Shown one piece after another: positions 37,943 through 50,055 of a stretch of 64,000 nucleotides of DNA. Source of the stretch: Camelus ferus (taxonomy: Eukaryota); assembly GCF_009834535.1 (NCBI RefSeq), contig NC_045696.1, positions 105,588,001 to 105,652,000 on the forward strand, in the 5' to 3' direction. Every line of letters starts with the position of its first letter. Positions within the stretch are counted from its first letter, which is position 1. Below the pieces are notes generated by a model. That model was given only the letters and a program-made list of their open reading frames with translations. It did no database searches and was not told the DNA's origin. The position numbers and the translations under genes are program-made.

Positions 37943-40900
37943 AGAATTATTTACACACACACACAATTCATTGATCTGAGCTTGGATTGATGCTAGGATT
38001 TTCTAAAGGCCAAATCTGTCCCTGAGAACAAAGAAATGCCTTAGAGACACGGAATGAACACATAATCGGTTCTGAAGGCAGTCACTTAGGAGAAACCATC
38101 CAAAAGCATGGAGCAATGGTAGCATCTTTGGAATAAGTGAAGAGCCCTCTGGGGAACTGTTTTTTAAAAGGCAACATGCCTTTAGATATGTAAATACTGG
38201 CCTATTTATTCCTTTACCTGTGATCATACCTCATATTTGCTGAGTGTCTCCTAGTGTGACTGCTGGTAATGACAATATCTTTTTCTGTCCAGGAGATGGT
38301 CTCACTTAGAAGTTATGCAAATTAATGGACATTACCATTTCTAAACCATGGGCGACCGTTTTTCTCTTTGGAAATGCTAGATGCCTATGAGTATCTCCAG
38401 AGAACTATTGAATTCATGGAAAATTGTTTGAAAATCTGTTAAGACTACCGTGAAGCTCAAACAACCATTATCTTTGGGATTCTGGGCACAAGTGGCAGAA
38501 ACCAAGGCATATGTTTTCCATCCCTACTCCAATCACACACAAAAAAGGAAGGTCCCTGTGACCTAAAAATATAGTTTGCAAATGTTCAAAGCCTGCTTGT
38601 CATTAATTCTCCTCTGAAGATGTGTACTTTTAAGTGCAAATGTCTAACGGGTCTCCAGATTGGGGAGAACCACATCTCTGCCAGGCTGCAGACACACTCA
38701 GGCTGGCACCCTCACTACCAGGCAGCTGTCCCCACAAGCTGACCTGATGTGCCCCCACATCAGGACCAGGTCCATACACTGGGACGGGGGATGTGCAGAT
38801 CCTGAGGAGCCAAGGGACTCTTTAGAAGTACACAGGACCCCTCAGAGAGAAAGCTGATGGAGTCCTGCAACCAAGCACACCGGCTTTGGAATCACACCTG
38901 GTTCTGTCCCAGCCCAGCCACTCAGTTGCCATGGTGCCCTTGGGAGGTCACCAACATCCCTTCAGTCTCAGCTTCCTCATCTGTGACGGGGGAACAGCAA
39001 CATCTCCCTTGGATGGTGATCAGGGCAGCTAAGTCAGACAATGGATGTGGAGTGCTAAGCACCGTCCCTGGCACGCAATAAACACTCGATAAAAACGGTT
39101 GTCAGTGAATTAGAGACAGTACATTTTGGCTTGACTGAGGAGAGCTGTTTCAAGCAACAAAGTTGCTAAGCTGCCCACAGTGTTATCAGAACAAGCCAAG
39201 GAGCCACACGTACAGCCTGTGGCTAATGACGTGTGGACTGTGTCAATGGACAGGTTCCCCTTTCTGTCTGTTCCATGTGTTCCCACCTGTCTCCTGTCCC
39301 TTTCTCAGGAGCCACAGATGAGGAAAACAGCAAAACGAACAAGAGACACGCTCGTAGAACTGTGTCTAAAGGAGGAGTAAAATTGTTCTGAATGAAGGTC
39401 TAAAACTGTGAGGATGGTGCCCAGACCTCGGGCGTGGACTCTGAGCTCGACCTACCTTTCCTGCTTTTGTCTTGAGTGCACTACTGTTTATTTATCAAAC
39501 ACCTGCACACTCTGCCAGGTACACCAAGGGTATTTAATTCTCACAAGGATACTCTAAGAGGTACAATAACATCCCAGTCTGGCAGATGAGGAAGCAAGGC
39601 CCAGCACAGGTGACATCATTTGCCGGATGCCACACAGCCATTAGGTGGCAGGGTCAGGAACTGAAACATGGTCTGTGCATCTCGGAAGCCCTCCTGCCTC
39701 TTGCTGTCGCGAACCTCATGCTGAACTTTCTAGATAAATGGCCCCATCAAGCTGACACAGCATGTCCTGAGAGCAATGAACATGAACCCTTTCCCATCAG
39801 CACTTTAATGACATTTCCAAAACTTCAGCAGTTCAACTTCCACCCCACCACATTCGCCAGATCCACACATCTCTTCCACTCACATTATCTTCTTAATTCC
39901 TTTCACTGAATCAGCTCGATTTTTCTACTTAACTCTATTTTAAAAGGAAACACTTTGTCCTATCATCGCCCCTATCACTTGCTATTGGTAACTAAAATTT
40001 GAATAGAAAATTATTAAAATTTGAAAGTTCATTGGCATCTCAGTTGAAATCAGCATGTGCACTGCATACGCTACACCAGATCTAATGAAGCTCTGCTATA
40101 AACATTGTTTTCTCTCACATATAGACACACCACACGTGCATATAACTATTCATTATAAAATTTCTTCTCACTTCTTATTATGAAAAATTTCAAAACAAAA
40201 GTAGAAAGAGTAATATAACAAACCCGTGTGTGCCCGTCACCTGGTTTTCACAATGGTGAGCTCATGGCTAGTCCACATTCACCTGGATCCCAATCCACTT
40301 CCCAACGTCTACAGTATTTTAAAGCATCATTGCCACCAGGTTACCTAAGAGGAGCTGCTGTTCTGAGACACAGACAGGAAGGGTGGGCCTGAGATTCCCC
40401 TGGAGCCTCTGCTGAGGGCGGAATGCAGGGCCAGCGTGCAGGGCTTGAGCCTCCGGTCCCTGGGGCTGGGGAGAAAGAAGACAGCATGTTGCAAAGGACG
40501 CCATTCACAACTCAACCTTGACAACCATTTACAACTTGATCCTCCCCCCGACCCTGCTCTTCTGTTCAGCCTTTGGTGTCTTCACACAAAGCACTGATTT
40601 CTCCTAAGCCTTGCTTCCTGGGCACGTGTCTGCTACAGAGGTTGGCCTTGACCGCCCTGGGACCAGGCAGGGAGCAAAGCCTTTTGACTCGCTTGAAACC
40701 CCCCATTCATTTGCTTTAGCACATGCAGGGTCCTGGTTTTAAGAGGGGGTGCAAGGGCTTAAATGTCTCTGAACATTTCTGAGACACGGGATCTTTCAAG
40801 GGAGACAGGGTGATGATTTCAGGGTAAAGGAATCGAAAGCACATGTACCGCCTTTCTCTGTGCATACAGAGGGACTTAAAAACGACGGGAGGAAAGCGTT

Positions 40901-41892
40901 AGGAAAAACGGTTTTGAGTTTCCTTGAACCAACATTGGAAAAATGTGACAAGACCCTTTCCAAATCCAAAGCAGAACCGTGTCCTTCTACCTCTGTGGGA
41001 AACTCTTCTGGTCTGGAAACCAGGTCCCTTGGGGCTGCCAAGAGTCCCCAGCCTCAGCACAGCACCCCCCACCCCACAGAGGGTCCGTGGCCATCCTCCC
41101 CTGCCCAAAACTGAGTGAAGGGTGGGATGGAGACCATGCCAAGGCTAGCAGTTCTCTTTGGCAGAATCTTTTCTTTCTGCTTGTCTATAGTGCCCAGCAG
41201 ATCGTGGGTGGGCCCTTGGCCAGCCGGGTTCCATTAGGGAGCAAGATGCTAAACCAGTTCAAAGAACATCCTGGAATGTGTGTTCGTTGTAAAGCTACAT
41301 GGAGACATGCAGGTGCTCAGCCAGGAGGAGCAGAAGTTACCTTCAGGAGGCCACTGTGGCTCCAGAGTTGTGGCATTCTCGTGACCCAGTCATCTCCTGT
41401 CCCCTCCTGTTACCACCAACTGCCCTCTCAATAGTCCCTGCTATCCTGGTGTCCTAGTGCTTCCAAGAATCTCTTGACTTCCACCTTTTCTCTGCCTATC
41501 CACTGGCGTCGACCCCTCCTCTCTGGCACCCACTCTGATTGGGCCCACTGGCCACGGTACCAAATCCTGAGTCTCTGTTTGACAGTGTCCTACAGCAGAC
41601 CATCCCACAGGCCTCTTGCTAGCCTATGAGAGGCTGCCTTTGGCTGACCCTCAATCCCTGGTCCAATCGTGTGGCCACGGAGCAGGGACACAGAGTTCAC
41701 CTCTAGGCAACCAATGCAGAAGGAGCTACCTCTAGCCTCTCAGTTTAAAATAGGGACTCGGGGGTGGAAGAGAATGGGGAGTCCACTGCAGCTCCCTATG
41801 TTGCCCCAGACCTTGAAACCAAGATTTAGTGGTCTTGGGCAGAGCATCAGAGACTAATAACAAAGTCTGCAGCCCAAGGGAGGCACCCACGT

Positions 41893-41894
<2 letters not shown>

Positions 41895-41934
<40 letters not shown>
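41895..41934. repeat. (GT)n microsatellite
   Basis: 20 perfect GT units. Confidence 0.95.
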
Positions 41935-41935
<1 letters not shown>

Positions 41936-44900
41936 ACACAAAGAGCAATGCTAAGCTTCCATTAGGTAAACCTGTTTTGTAACTTGGTCTGGACTTTTAA
42001 ATCTCCTACTCTCATGGAGGCCTCTGCTTTCCAGGAAGTTATTCCCATCAGCAGTTGTTTCTGCAATCATGGTTGTTATGAAACCCTTTATTTTGAAAAC
42101 ACATTTCAAAACAAGGCTTCTTACGCACTCAACTTTCCCTGGCCCGTTAGGAGCAAAACGGTGCAGATGTTTCCCTGTGGCCCGTACACTTGTGTGTTAT
42201 CCCCACGGGCCATTCAAGTCCCCAAATCCATCTTGTAGTCACCACTGAAAAATGCAGAGGCACACTGTTGGGGGGATGCGTGTCAACTCATCCCAAACAC
42301 TCCCCTTCAGCCTCCTCCCTGCCCCACACGTGGCTGAGCCATGACACAACAGCCTGCTCCCCTGAGAGTAATTCATTATGTAATTAAATTTTTTTCATCA
42401 AAGTCAATTTCTAAAGCAACTGCTAAGATAATACCAATTAGGAAACACTAACAGAGGAGGAGCTGGCCCTGACGTCAGGGCTCACACCCGTAAGAGTTTA
42501 CATGACTTGTCAGATGCTCGTGCCAGGGACCCGGACACAACGCTGGGAAAGAAACAAACAGAACGTGCTCTTCAGGCTGGAATGGATCTTTCTGGAGTGG
42601 GCTTGTTCCCACAGGTCAGGCGTACAAAGCCCAGGGTGGAGCCATGGAAAGAAATGGACTCTGAGATGAGACCAACATGGATTCTAATCCCTGCTGCAAC
42701 AGTTACCAGAACTCTGGCAAGTTGCTTAACTTCTCTGAACATCAGTTTCTTCTTCGGAGGGATGTATTTATACTAACTGCCTCACAGGACTCTGGGAGGG
42801 TTAGAGACAAGATGTGTAAATGCTGGAAAACAGCGCTGGCACAGAATAGGTGCTCCGTGTGGAAGCCTAGTGGTATCACCATCTGCCTTCCCACTCGAGT
42901 GTGAGTTTTGAGTCTACTGGCCGCTGACTTGCCGAGGGGTCCTGGGAGAGGTGATGGCTGAGATGTAGAACATTCATCTCCTCAGACGACTCAGCAATCA
43001 CCCACTGCAGAGGGCTTCCTCCACCCCTCCTTGGCCCCATTCATGATGCATTTGGTGCAGAAAACCACCCCTAAGCTTCTGCTCTCACGGTGCTCGCTCT
43101 GAAGGGAGGCAAGAAACAGGTAACCCCAGCCCCTCCTGATCAGGGCAATGAGAGATGTGTGTCCTGATGCTTTGGGGAGCACAGAGGGGAGACCAGGGAC
43201 AGCTTCCTGGAGGAGAAGACAGAGGGGTGAGGGGAAGTTTCTGGGCAGACGGGATGAGCAAAGACTCAGAGGTGATGAGACAGGAGCTGTGGGCAGGACC
43301 AAGTCTCCAGCAGCAGCATTAAGGAGCTAACGCATCAGGTGTGTGTTTAGTTTAGGAAGATGACTCCAGCCAGAGAGAGGAAGAGGGACCCCACAGGTGA
43401 GACTCAGGACCCTGGTGACCAGGGGAGAAAGTGGAGGCAGTCATTCAAGGGAGGAAGGCAGCCTAGTGGCCTGCTGACAGCTGGGTCAGGCTTATCTTCA
43501 CTCTGGAACTAGAGGGGAAAACCAGTTTGACAAATGGAAAAAGTCTCATGTCCAGGAATCAAGTTACCTAAGAGGCAAGTTGGATATGCCGCAGCCCTTC
43601 CCCTGGCCTCCTTCCTGAGGCGAGTTCCCAGCAAGGCCCCGTGAGCCCAGCCCTGGGCCGACCCAGCTACCCAGGCCCCGGCTGCAGGCCATCACACTGG
43701 GCGGGAGGTGAAGACAGGCCTCGGGAAACAGCACAGGGTGGGCCGCATCTGACCCAACACAGCCTCTCAGCTGGCTGGGCCATCCACCCTGTCGGAGCCA
43801 GACCAAAGCTTCTCCCATCTCAGAAGTAACCTGGGACCCTCCTTGCCTCCTCCCACCTACCACTACCAGGGGCTGAGTGAGGCACCAGCCTCTCACCAGG
43901 TGTCAGCACCGCTCCTGCCAGATGACAGGACTGCCATCCACACCATCCAGGCTGTATGCTGCCCACCCGTGGACTCGGTGCTAGAAGCCAGTTCCCTGGT
44001 GTCAATCTTCATGACTGGCCATCTAATGACTTCAGCCCCTCTCTCAGGTCCCCATGGGTGCCCCTAACCATACCCAGATCCTGGACAGTTGTCATGGTGA
44101 CAGGGGAGTACTGCAGGCTGGCCTGGGCTGAGAGGCCTTGGGGAGAGTGTCGGGTTACAGAGCCAGGATGGAGGATGGGGATGGGAGATGGAGTCGGTGG
44201 AGGTGGCTCTGTCAGGGGGGCCAAGGAGTCCTTCACACCCTCCACCCCTGCTCTCTAGTTTGTGGCGCCATGAGAACAGCTGTACCAAAACCCCTATGGA
44301 ACCAAAGCTGTCTGCCTGAACTTGTGATGCAAAAGAAAAAGTGTGCCCGACTGTCCCTCCATCTCTTTAGAACCAGAACCAAATAATTTGTACCTTGTAG
44401 ACTCACAAGACTATATAAATCAATATATGATCTGGGCAACATACACACCTGCACTTATACACACTTACTCCAAAAGCCAGTTTCTCCCCATCCCTCGCTC
44501 CCGGCTCACCCCGCAGCTCTTGTCCTCCTCCCATTGTGGACAATATCCCCTTACTTTCCTTTATATGCACATTGGACAAGACTTACCTCAAGCTGTTCCT
44601 CTTACCTGAGGCATCCTTAACCCCCTAGTCCACATTGTCCGGATCCTTCCCTAAGCTGCCAACCAAACCAATTTCTAATAACTGAGTGTCAGCTGTTGGT
44701 CTTCTAATGTCCTGCATGAGAGCCTGTCTCCCTGTTCACTTGAAGCTCATTGCAGCTCTTCCTCCCCCTCAGAACCCAGCATAGAATCGGGCACATAGTA
44801 GGCGCTCCATGTAAATTTTCCTGATATGTGAATGCCAACCCTAAGACTCCCCAGCTACCAGGTAATGACTTAGAAAATCTCTGAGAACAGCCTAGACAGT

Positions 44901-46612
44901 GGGACTCCAGCTTCTTTCTGGGAGATGTGTCAGCTTTTGGGGCACCAGAGCCAAGGGGCCCCAGACTGAGTACCTCGGAAGGGCAGCCAGTGTCAGGCCC
45001 CAGTGCCCTGGCAGAGCTGTGGAGCTGCTACTAAACTTGGTCAGTGCCAAATTCCAAACCACTCACCCCCGAGTCAGGCCCCCAAGCCCAGACAGAGTTT
45101 GGGGCTCTGTGTCTAGTTGCTGACAATGGCATCCAGCAATCCCAGCCAAGCTCAGGTTCCTGAAATGAGCTGTTAAAGTAAGGGGGTTCATGGGAGCAGG
45201 ATGGGTGGTGAAGAAGGTGGTGGCCCTCCCATGAAAACAGCACCATCCCCCTACTGCTACCCAGCTAGCAGCCAGGCCTCCATCACCCTTGAGTCCTCAT
45301 CATGCTGCACATGCTCAGTCAACCAGTATATCCTACCCATGGCGTCCAGCTCTGTCCCCTCAACCAGACCTCTGTGGCCACAGTCCTCTTCTCAGTCACC
45401 TGATGGCCACCACAGCTGCCTCATGGCTGCTGGCCCCCACCACCACCCCATCCACTGCACACTATGATCTTTCAAAAACTTAAAGCAGCCAGTACTGCTG
45501 CCCACAGATGGGGTCCAGACACTGGCTTGCACCCTGCATGTCTAAGAGCCTGCTCTCTGTCCTGCCTCCTCTGCCTGTCTCCTCCGCAATTCCAGGCGTG
45601 CACCTCTGAGCCACTCGCAGGGCTTTGATTGGGCCATGCTCTATCCCATGTCAGAGCCCTTGCAAAGGATGTACAGACACTCAGGTGTGCACAACTTCAC
45701 CTGGCTATGACTGTCTCTGTGTCTTCTTCTCAAATATCCTTTCCTGAACCCCCAGGTTGCACCCAGTACCTCCCTTCTATGCTCTCAGGGTCCCCCATGC
45801 CACCAAACCCTGCCCTTAAGAGTTGAGCTTATAGGAGAAGACCCCTCTCTGGAACAGATGACTAGTGAGCTATGCTGGTCTCCACCAGATCAGGACACCA
45901 TTGACACAGCTGTGCCTTTCGTCAAATGCGTGGCACCTGTGTGCCCAGTCCTGCCTGCACTGGGCTCAGAGAACCAAAGACATTGGGCTGAGCTGTGCAG
46001 GCAAGGTTGTAGGGACCCTTCATTCCCTGGAGCCAGGCACCATAGCCAACGCTTTTCCCCACTACTTAGAGGGGCTCTGACCGGGTTCCTGTAGAGGTGC
46101 CAGCCAGTCCCCACAAAAGATACCAGAGCCTGCAGGTTAGCACCCACAAGGAACTCACAGACTCACAGCCACTGATAATAAAGTCTAGAGAATATTCTGG
46201 AAAGAAGACATTCCAGGGCTAGAAACTCCATGTGCTGTTAACCCTTTGAGGAAGAAGAAAGGACTGCAGGTGTTGCCAACACCCAGAAGTCTCCTTCAGC
46301 TTCCCACTACTACAGCGGGGCTCTCTAGGAACACGTCTGCTGCTTGGCTGATCCAGAGGGGCGGTTCCACCAAGCCCCCTACCCAACTACCACAAAGGAA
46401 GCAGCCCGCACTCCCAGGGGCTCTACAGCTTGCAGGCCTCTAGGAGAGGCTCCTCCTCCCAACCCCTGGGTACAGCCCAGTTCCTCCATGGTCAGGGGGA
46501 AGTCAGCCATATTGTTTCACCTGCTGGATTTTTGTTTGTGCAGAATCCCCTCACAAAGAAGAGGCTTCCTAAAGCTTCCAACGGCCAGGATGGAGAGAGG
46601 CCAATTGGTTCC

Positions 46613-47047
46613 TGTGATGGTTAGTTTTTTGTGTCAACGTGGCTGGGCTACAATTCTCAGCTATTTGGTCAAACATATCTGAATGCTGCTGTGAAGAGAT
46701 TTCATAGGTAACATTAACATTTGTACCAGTAGATTTTGAGTAAAGCAAATTACCATAATGTGGGTAGGCCTCATCCAATAAGCTGAAGACCTTAAGAAAA
46801 AGACTGATCTCCCCGAGGAAAAGGAAAGTCTGTGAGCGGACTGCTTTCAGATGAAAACTGAAACATCATCTTTTCCCTGGGTTTCTAGTCTGCCAGCCTA
46901 TCCTGCAAACTTTGGACTTGCCAGCCTCCCCAGTTTCATGAGCTGATTCTTTAAAAAATATACATGTGTGTATGTATTCATATACAAATATGTTACACAC
47001 ACATATCCACCCCCTGTTGGTTTCTCTGGAGAACCCTGACTAATACA
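46613..47047 (+). mobile_element. Solo LTR, MLT2-like (ERV-L)
   Basis: Begins TGTGATGGTTAGTTTTTTGTGTCAAC and ends TCTCTGGAGAACCCTGACTAATACA, matching recalled MLT2 termini. TG...CA ends. Confidence 0.85.
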
Positions 47048-47065
47048 GCCCATCAAGGGTGACAG

Positions 47066-48748
47066 AGAGGACGGAGAAGATGGCGGAGTAGAAGGATGCT
47101 CGCAGGTCACCCTCTCCCACAAATACACCAAGACCCACATCTACAGACCCACTCAGCCAACCAGAGCACCTGCGGAACTCTGACAGAACATCGCCCTCTT
47201 CAAAAGATAAAGACGCCAAAAATCTGGTAGGAGAAAAGGAAAAAATAAAGAACAAAAGTCAAAGCAGCGCGGGACGGGTCCCGCGGGGAGGGAGCGGCAA
47301 AGGAGGACTGGCGCTCGCTCGCTGGGTCTCCCCTCTACAACTAAGAGGCCAGCGGGACGGAGGGGGAGCCTCCGAGGCTCGGATCTGTACAGAGCAGCCC
47401 TTGACTAACAGAACTAAGTTAAACGGGCACAGAGCGTCCCCCCGACACCCAGCCTGAGACGCGGGGCGGCAGCCGCGGGCAGGGCCAGGCTGCACAAGCC
47501 GGGCGGAGGACATAAGTGGCTGCACGGAGGCAGTCCCGGGGGAACGCAAGGGGCTGCGCGCCATGGCTGTGGGTGCACAGGGCAGAACAACCTGGGTCCT
47601 CCATAAAACAGCAAGGTTGATGTGCTCTCGGGGGAAGGGTGCACACCCCCATCTCTGAAAACCCGCGGAAAGTTTTCGGGGGAAGAGAGGTGGGGCTCAG
47701 GCACAGCCGCCATATCCTCCGCTCTTAGCACTCAGGCGGGGGCGGGGGCGAAACCTGCATCCGCACCGAAGGGCTTAGCAGCCTCAAAGGCCAGACTGAG
47801 ACTGGCCTGCAGCCCGGGGCAGATAGGATCCTTCCATCCTGGTCCCTCAGAGAACTTGCTCCACAAAGACAAACAAGGAGCTGGGTTTTGGCTCGGAGCA
47901 GGGACAGGGCTGTCCTTCGGTCTTCCCCGAGCCCACCCGCGCGGAGCCCCGACCAGGGCGGAGCGCGCAGCCGCACAGAGCAGCGGAGCTACCGGCGGCG
48001 GCGCAGGTAGAGCGAGAGCGGCCCCCCCGCCTTTCGGGCAGGAACACAGCGCCTGACCGAGGTGCTGGGAGGGGGCACGACCCGCCCTCCTACCCGGCCA
48101 GTCTGCAACATCTGACTGCGGCATCAGGAGGGGCAGCGACCCGCCCGCCCACAGCAGAGAGCTGCACCTGACCCAGTGTTAGGAGGAGGCATGATCTGCT
48201 TGCCGACAGGTGCTGGGACCAGCACAGAAGAAGGCGCCAACGGAGGGCCTCTGAAAACAGCAAGCTGAGCTTCCAAAACAGGACGAAGACAGAAAGACTT
48301 CACATTAAAAGCACACAGACTCCAGGAGAACACCGACAAATCCCCCCCCCTTTTTTTTTAAATCTGTTTTTACCTGTTCTATTTTCTATTACTCTCTTAA
48401 TCTTTACTTCTTAATTCATTTCTATTTCTCTTGGGTTTTGATGTCCTGCTATTGATTAGACACAGGTTTCAAATACATCTATTCATCTACACCCCCCCCC
48501 TTTTTTTGTAAAGGGTTCAGAAGGACGTCTCAACCCGATTAATACTCTGCTTCAACTCACTCTTCTATTATTCATTATACACTGTTTTCAAACCCTCTTT
48601 CTCCCTTCTTCTAAAATTCTTTCTCTCTCTCTCTTATTTTTTTTTCTTTTTTTCCTAAGTTCTATTCCTAAATAGGCATCAGATAGATAAAATCCTTAAG
48701 GACCAAAATAAACAACTGATACTCCATAAACCACAGTGCCAAAGAGGT
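47066..48748 (+). promoter_or_regulatory. LINE-1 5'UTR internal promoter / CpG island with YY1 site
   Basis: CpG density at 47260-48250 is far above the rest of the window. YY1-type AAGATGGCGG at 47077-47086. Confidence 0.8.
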
Positions 48749-49652
48749 ATGAGCAAGATGAAGAAGCAGAAAAACCTTTCCCAATTAAAAGAACAAGAGA
48801 AATCCCCTGAAAGAAAGATCAACGAAATAGACATTGATAGCCTACTAGATCAAGATTTCAAAAAAGGAGTGATCGAATTGCTGAAGGAATTAAAAGAGAT
48901 AGTGTTTAGAGATATAAAATATGTCAAAAATGAAATTGAAGCTATAAAGAAGAGCCAAGTAGAATGGATAAACTCATTGACAGAGATGAGGAATGATCTA
49001 ATAGCTGTGCAAAGCCGACTAGATAATGCAGAGGAACGAATTAGTGATCTAGAAGACAGGGCAATAGAAAGCACCCATTCAGAAGAACTACAAGAGAAGC
49101 AAATAAAAAATAATGAAAATAGCATAAGGGACCTATGGGATAATATAAAGCGTCCCAATCTTCACATAATAGGGGTCCCAGAAGGAGAAGAAAGATCAAA
49201 GGGGATTGAAAAGGTTTTTGAAGAAATCATGACTGAAAACTTCCCAAACTTAAAGAAGGAATCAGATATCCAAGTACAGGAAGCTCAGAGGGTCCCAAAC
49301 AGGAAGAACCCAAATAGACCCACACCAAGACATATCATAATCAAGATGGCCAGAGTCAAGGATAAAGAAGTGATTCTAAAGGCAGCAAGAGAAAAGCAAA
49401 GAGTAAGTTACAAGGGAACCCCCATAAGGCTCTCAGCTGATTTCTCTACACAAACACTACAGGCCAGAAGGGAGTGGCAAGATATATTCAAAGCCCTGAA
49501 TGAAAAAAAGATGCAGCCTAGGATCCTTTATCCAGTAAGGCTATCCTTGAGGATAGAAGGAGAAATAAAGAGTTTCACAGACAAAAAAAAAGCTGCAGGA
49601 GTTTAGCAACACTAAACCCATGCTAAAAGAAATATTGAAAGGGCTATTCTAA
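48749..49652 (+). CDS. LINE-1 ORF1p (RNA-binding chaperone), frameshifted near its C-terminus
   Basis: ORF 48749-49606 has typical ORF1p motifs (LWDNIKRPNLHIIGVPEGEE, PRHIIIK, IRLSADFS, ARREW, ILYP). Removing one A from the A9 run at 49583-49591 restores ...FTDKKKLQEFSNTKPMLKEILKGLF* with TAA at 49650-49652. Confidence 0.93.
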
Positions 49653-50055
49653 ATAGAAAAGCAGCAGGATGTTACAGAAATGAGAAACGCACAACTGGAA
49701 AGGTGATAACTCATGAATTACAAATAAAGTAAACATGAAATTATAAAAGAAGACATACAAATCACTGAGAGTGGGAGAGGGAGGCAGGGAAATATAGAAT
49801 ATTTTTTTCTTTCTTTTTAAATTTTTTTAACAGTAGGATGGGTTTGAGATCATGTTACTATCAGTTTAATAAAAACAGTTATAGTAATGGGTTGATAGAT
49901 TTACAAAAAAGGGTAACCACAAGCCAAAAATTTACAAAGGAGTCACAAAAATTAAATAAAATCCATGATAATACAAAGGAAAATTACCAAACCACAAAAG
50001 GAAGAAGAAAGGAACAAAGAGGATATACCAATTCAACTGCAAAGATAAGTTCAAA

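Noticed and set aside
40340..43576. GTTACCTAAGAGG occurring at ~40340 and ~43563
   Set aside because: A single 13-mer match with no element-like sequence between the copies; compatible with chance.
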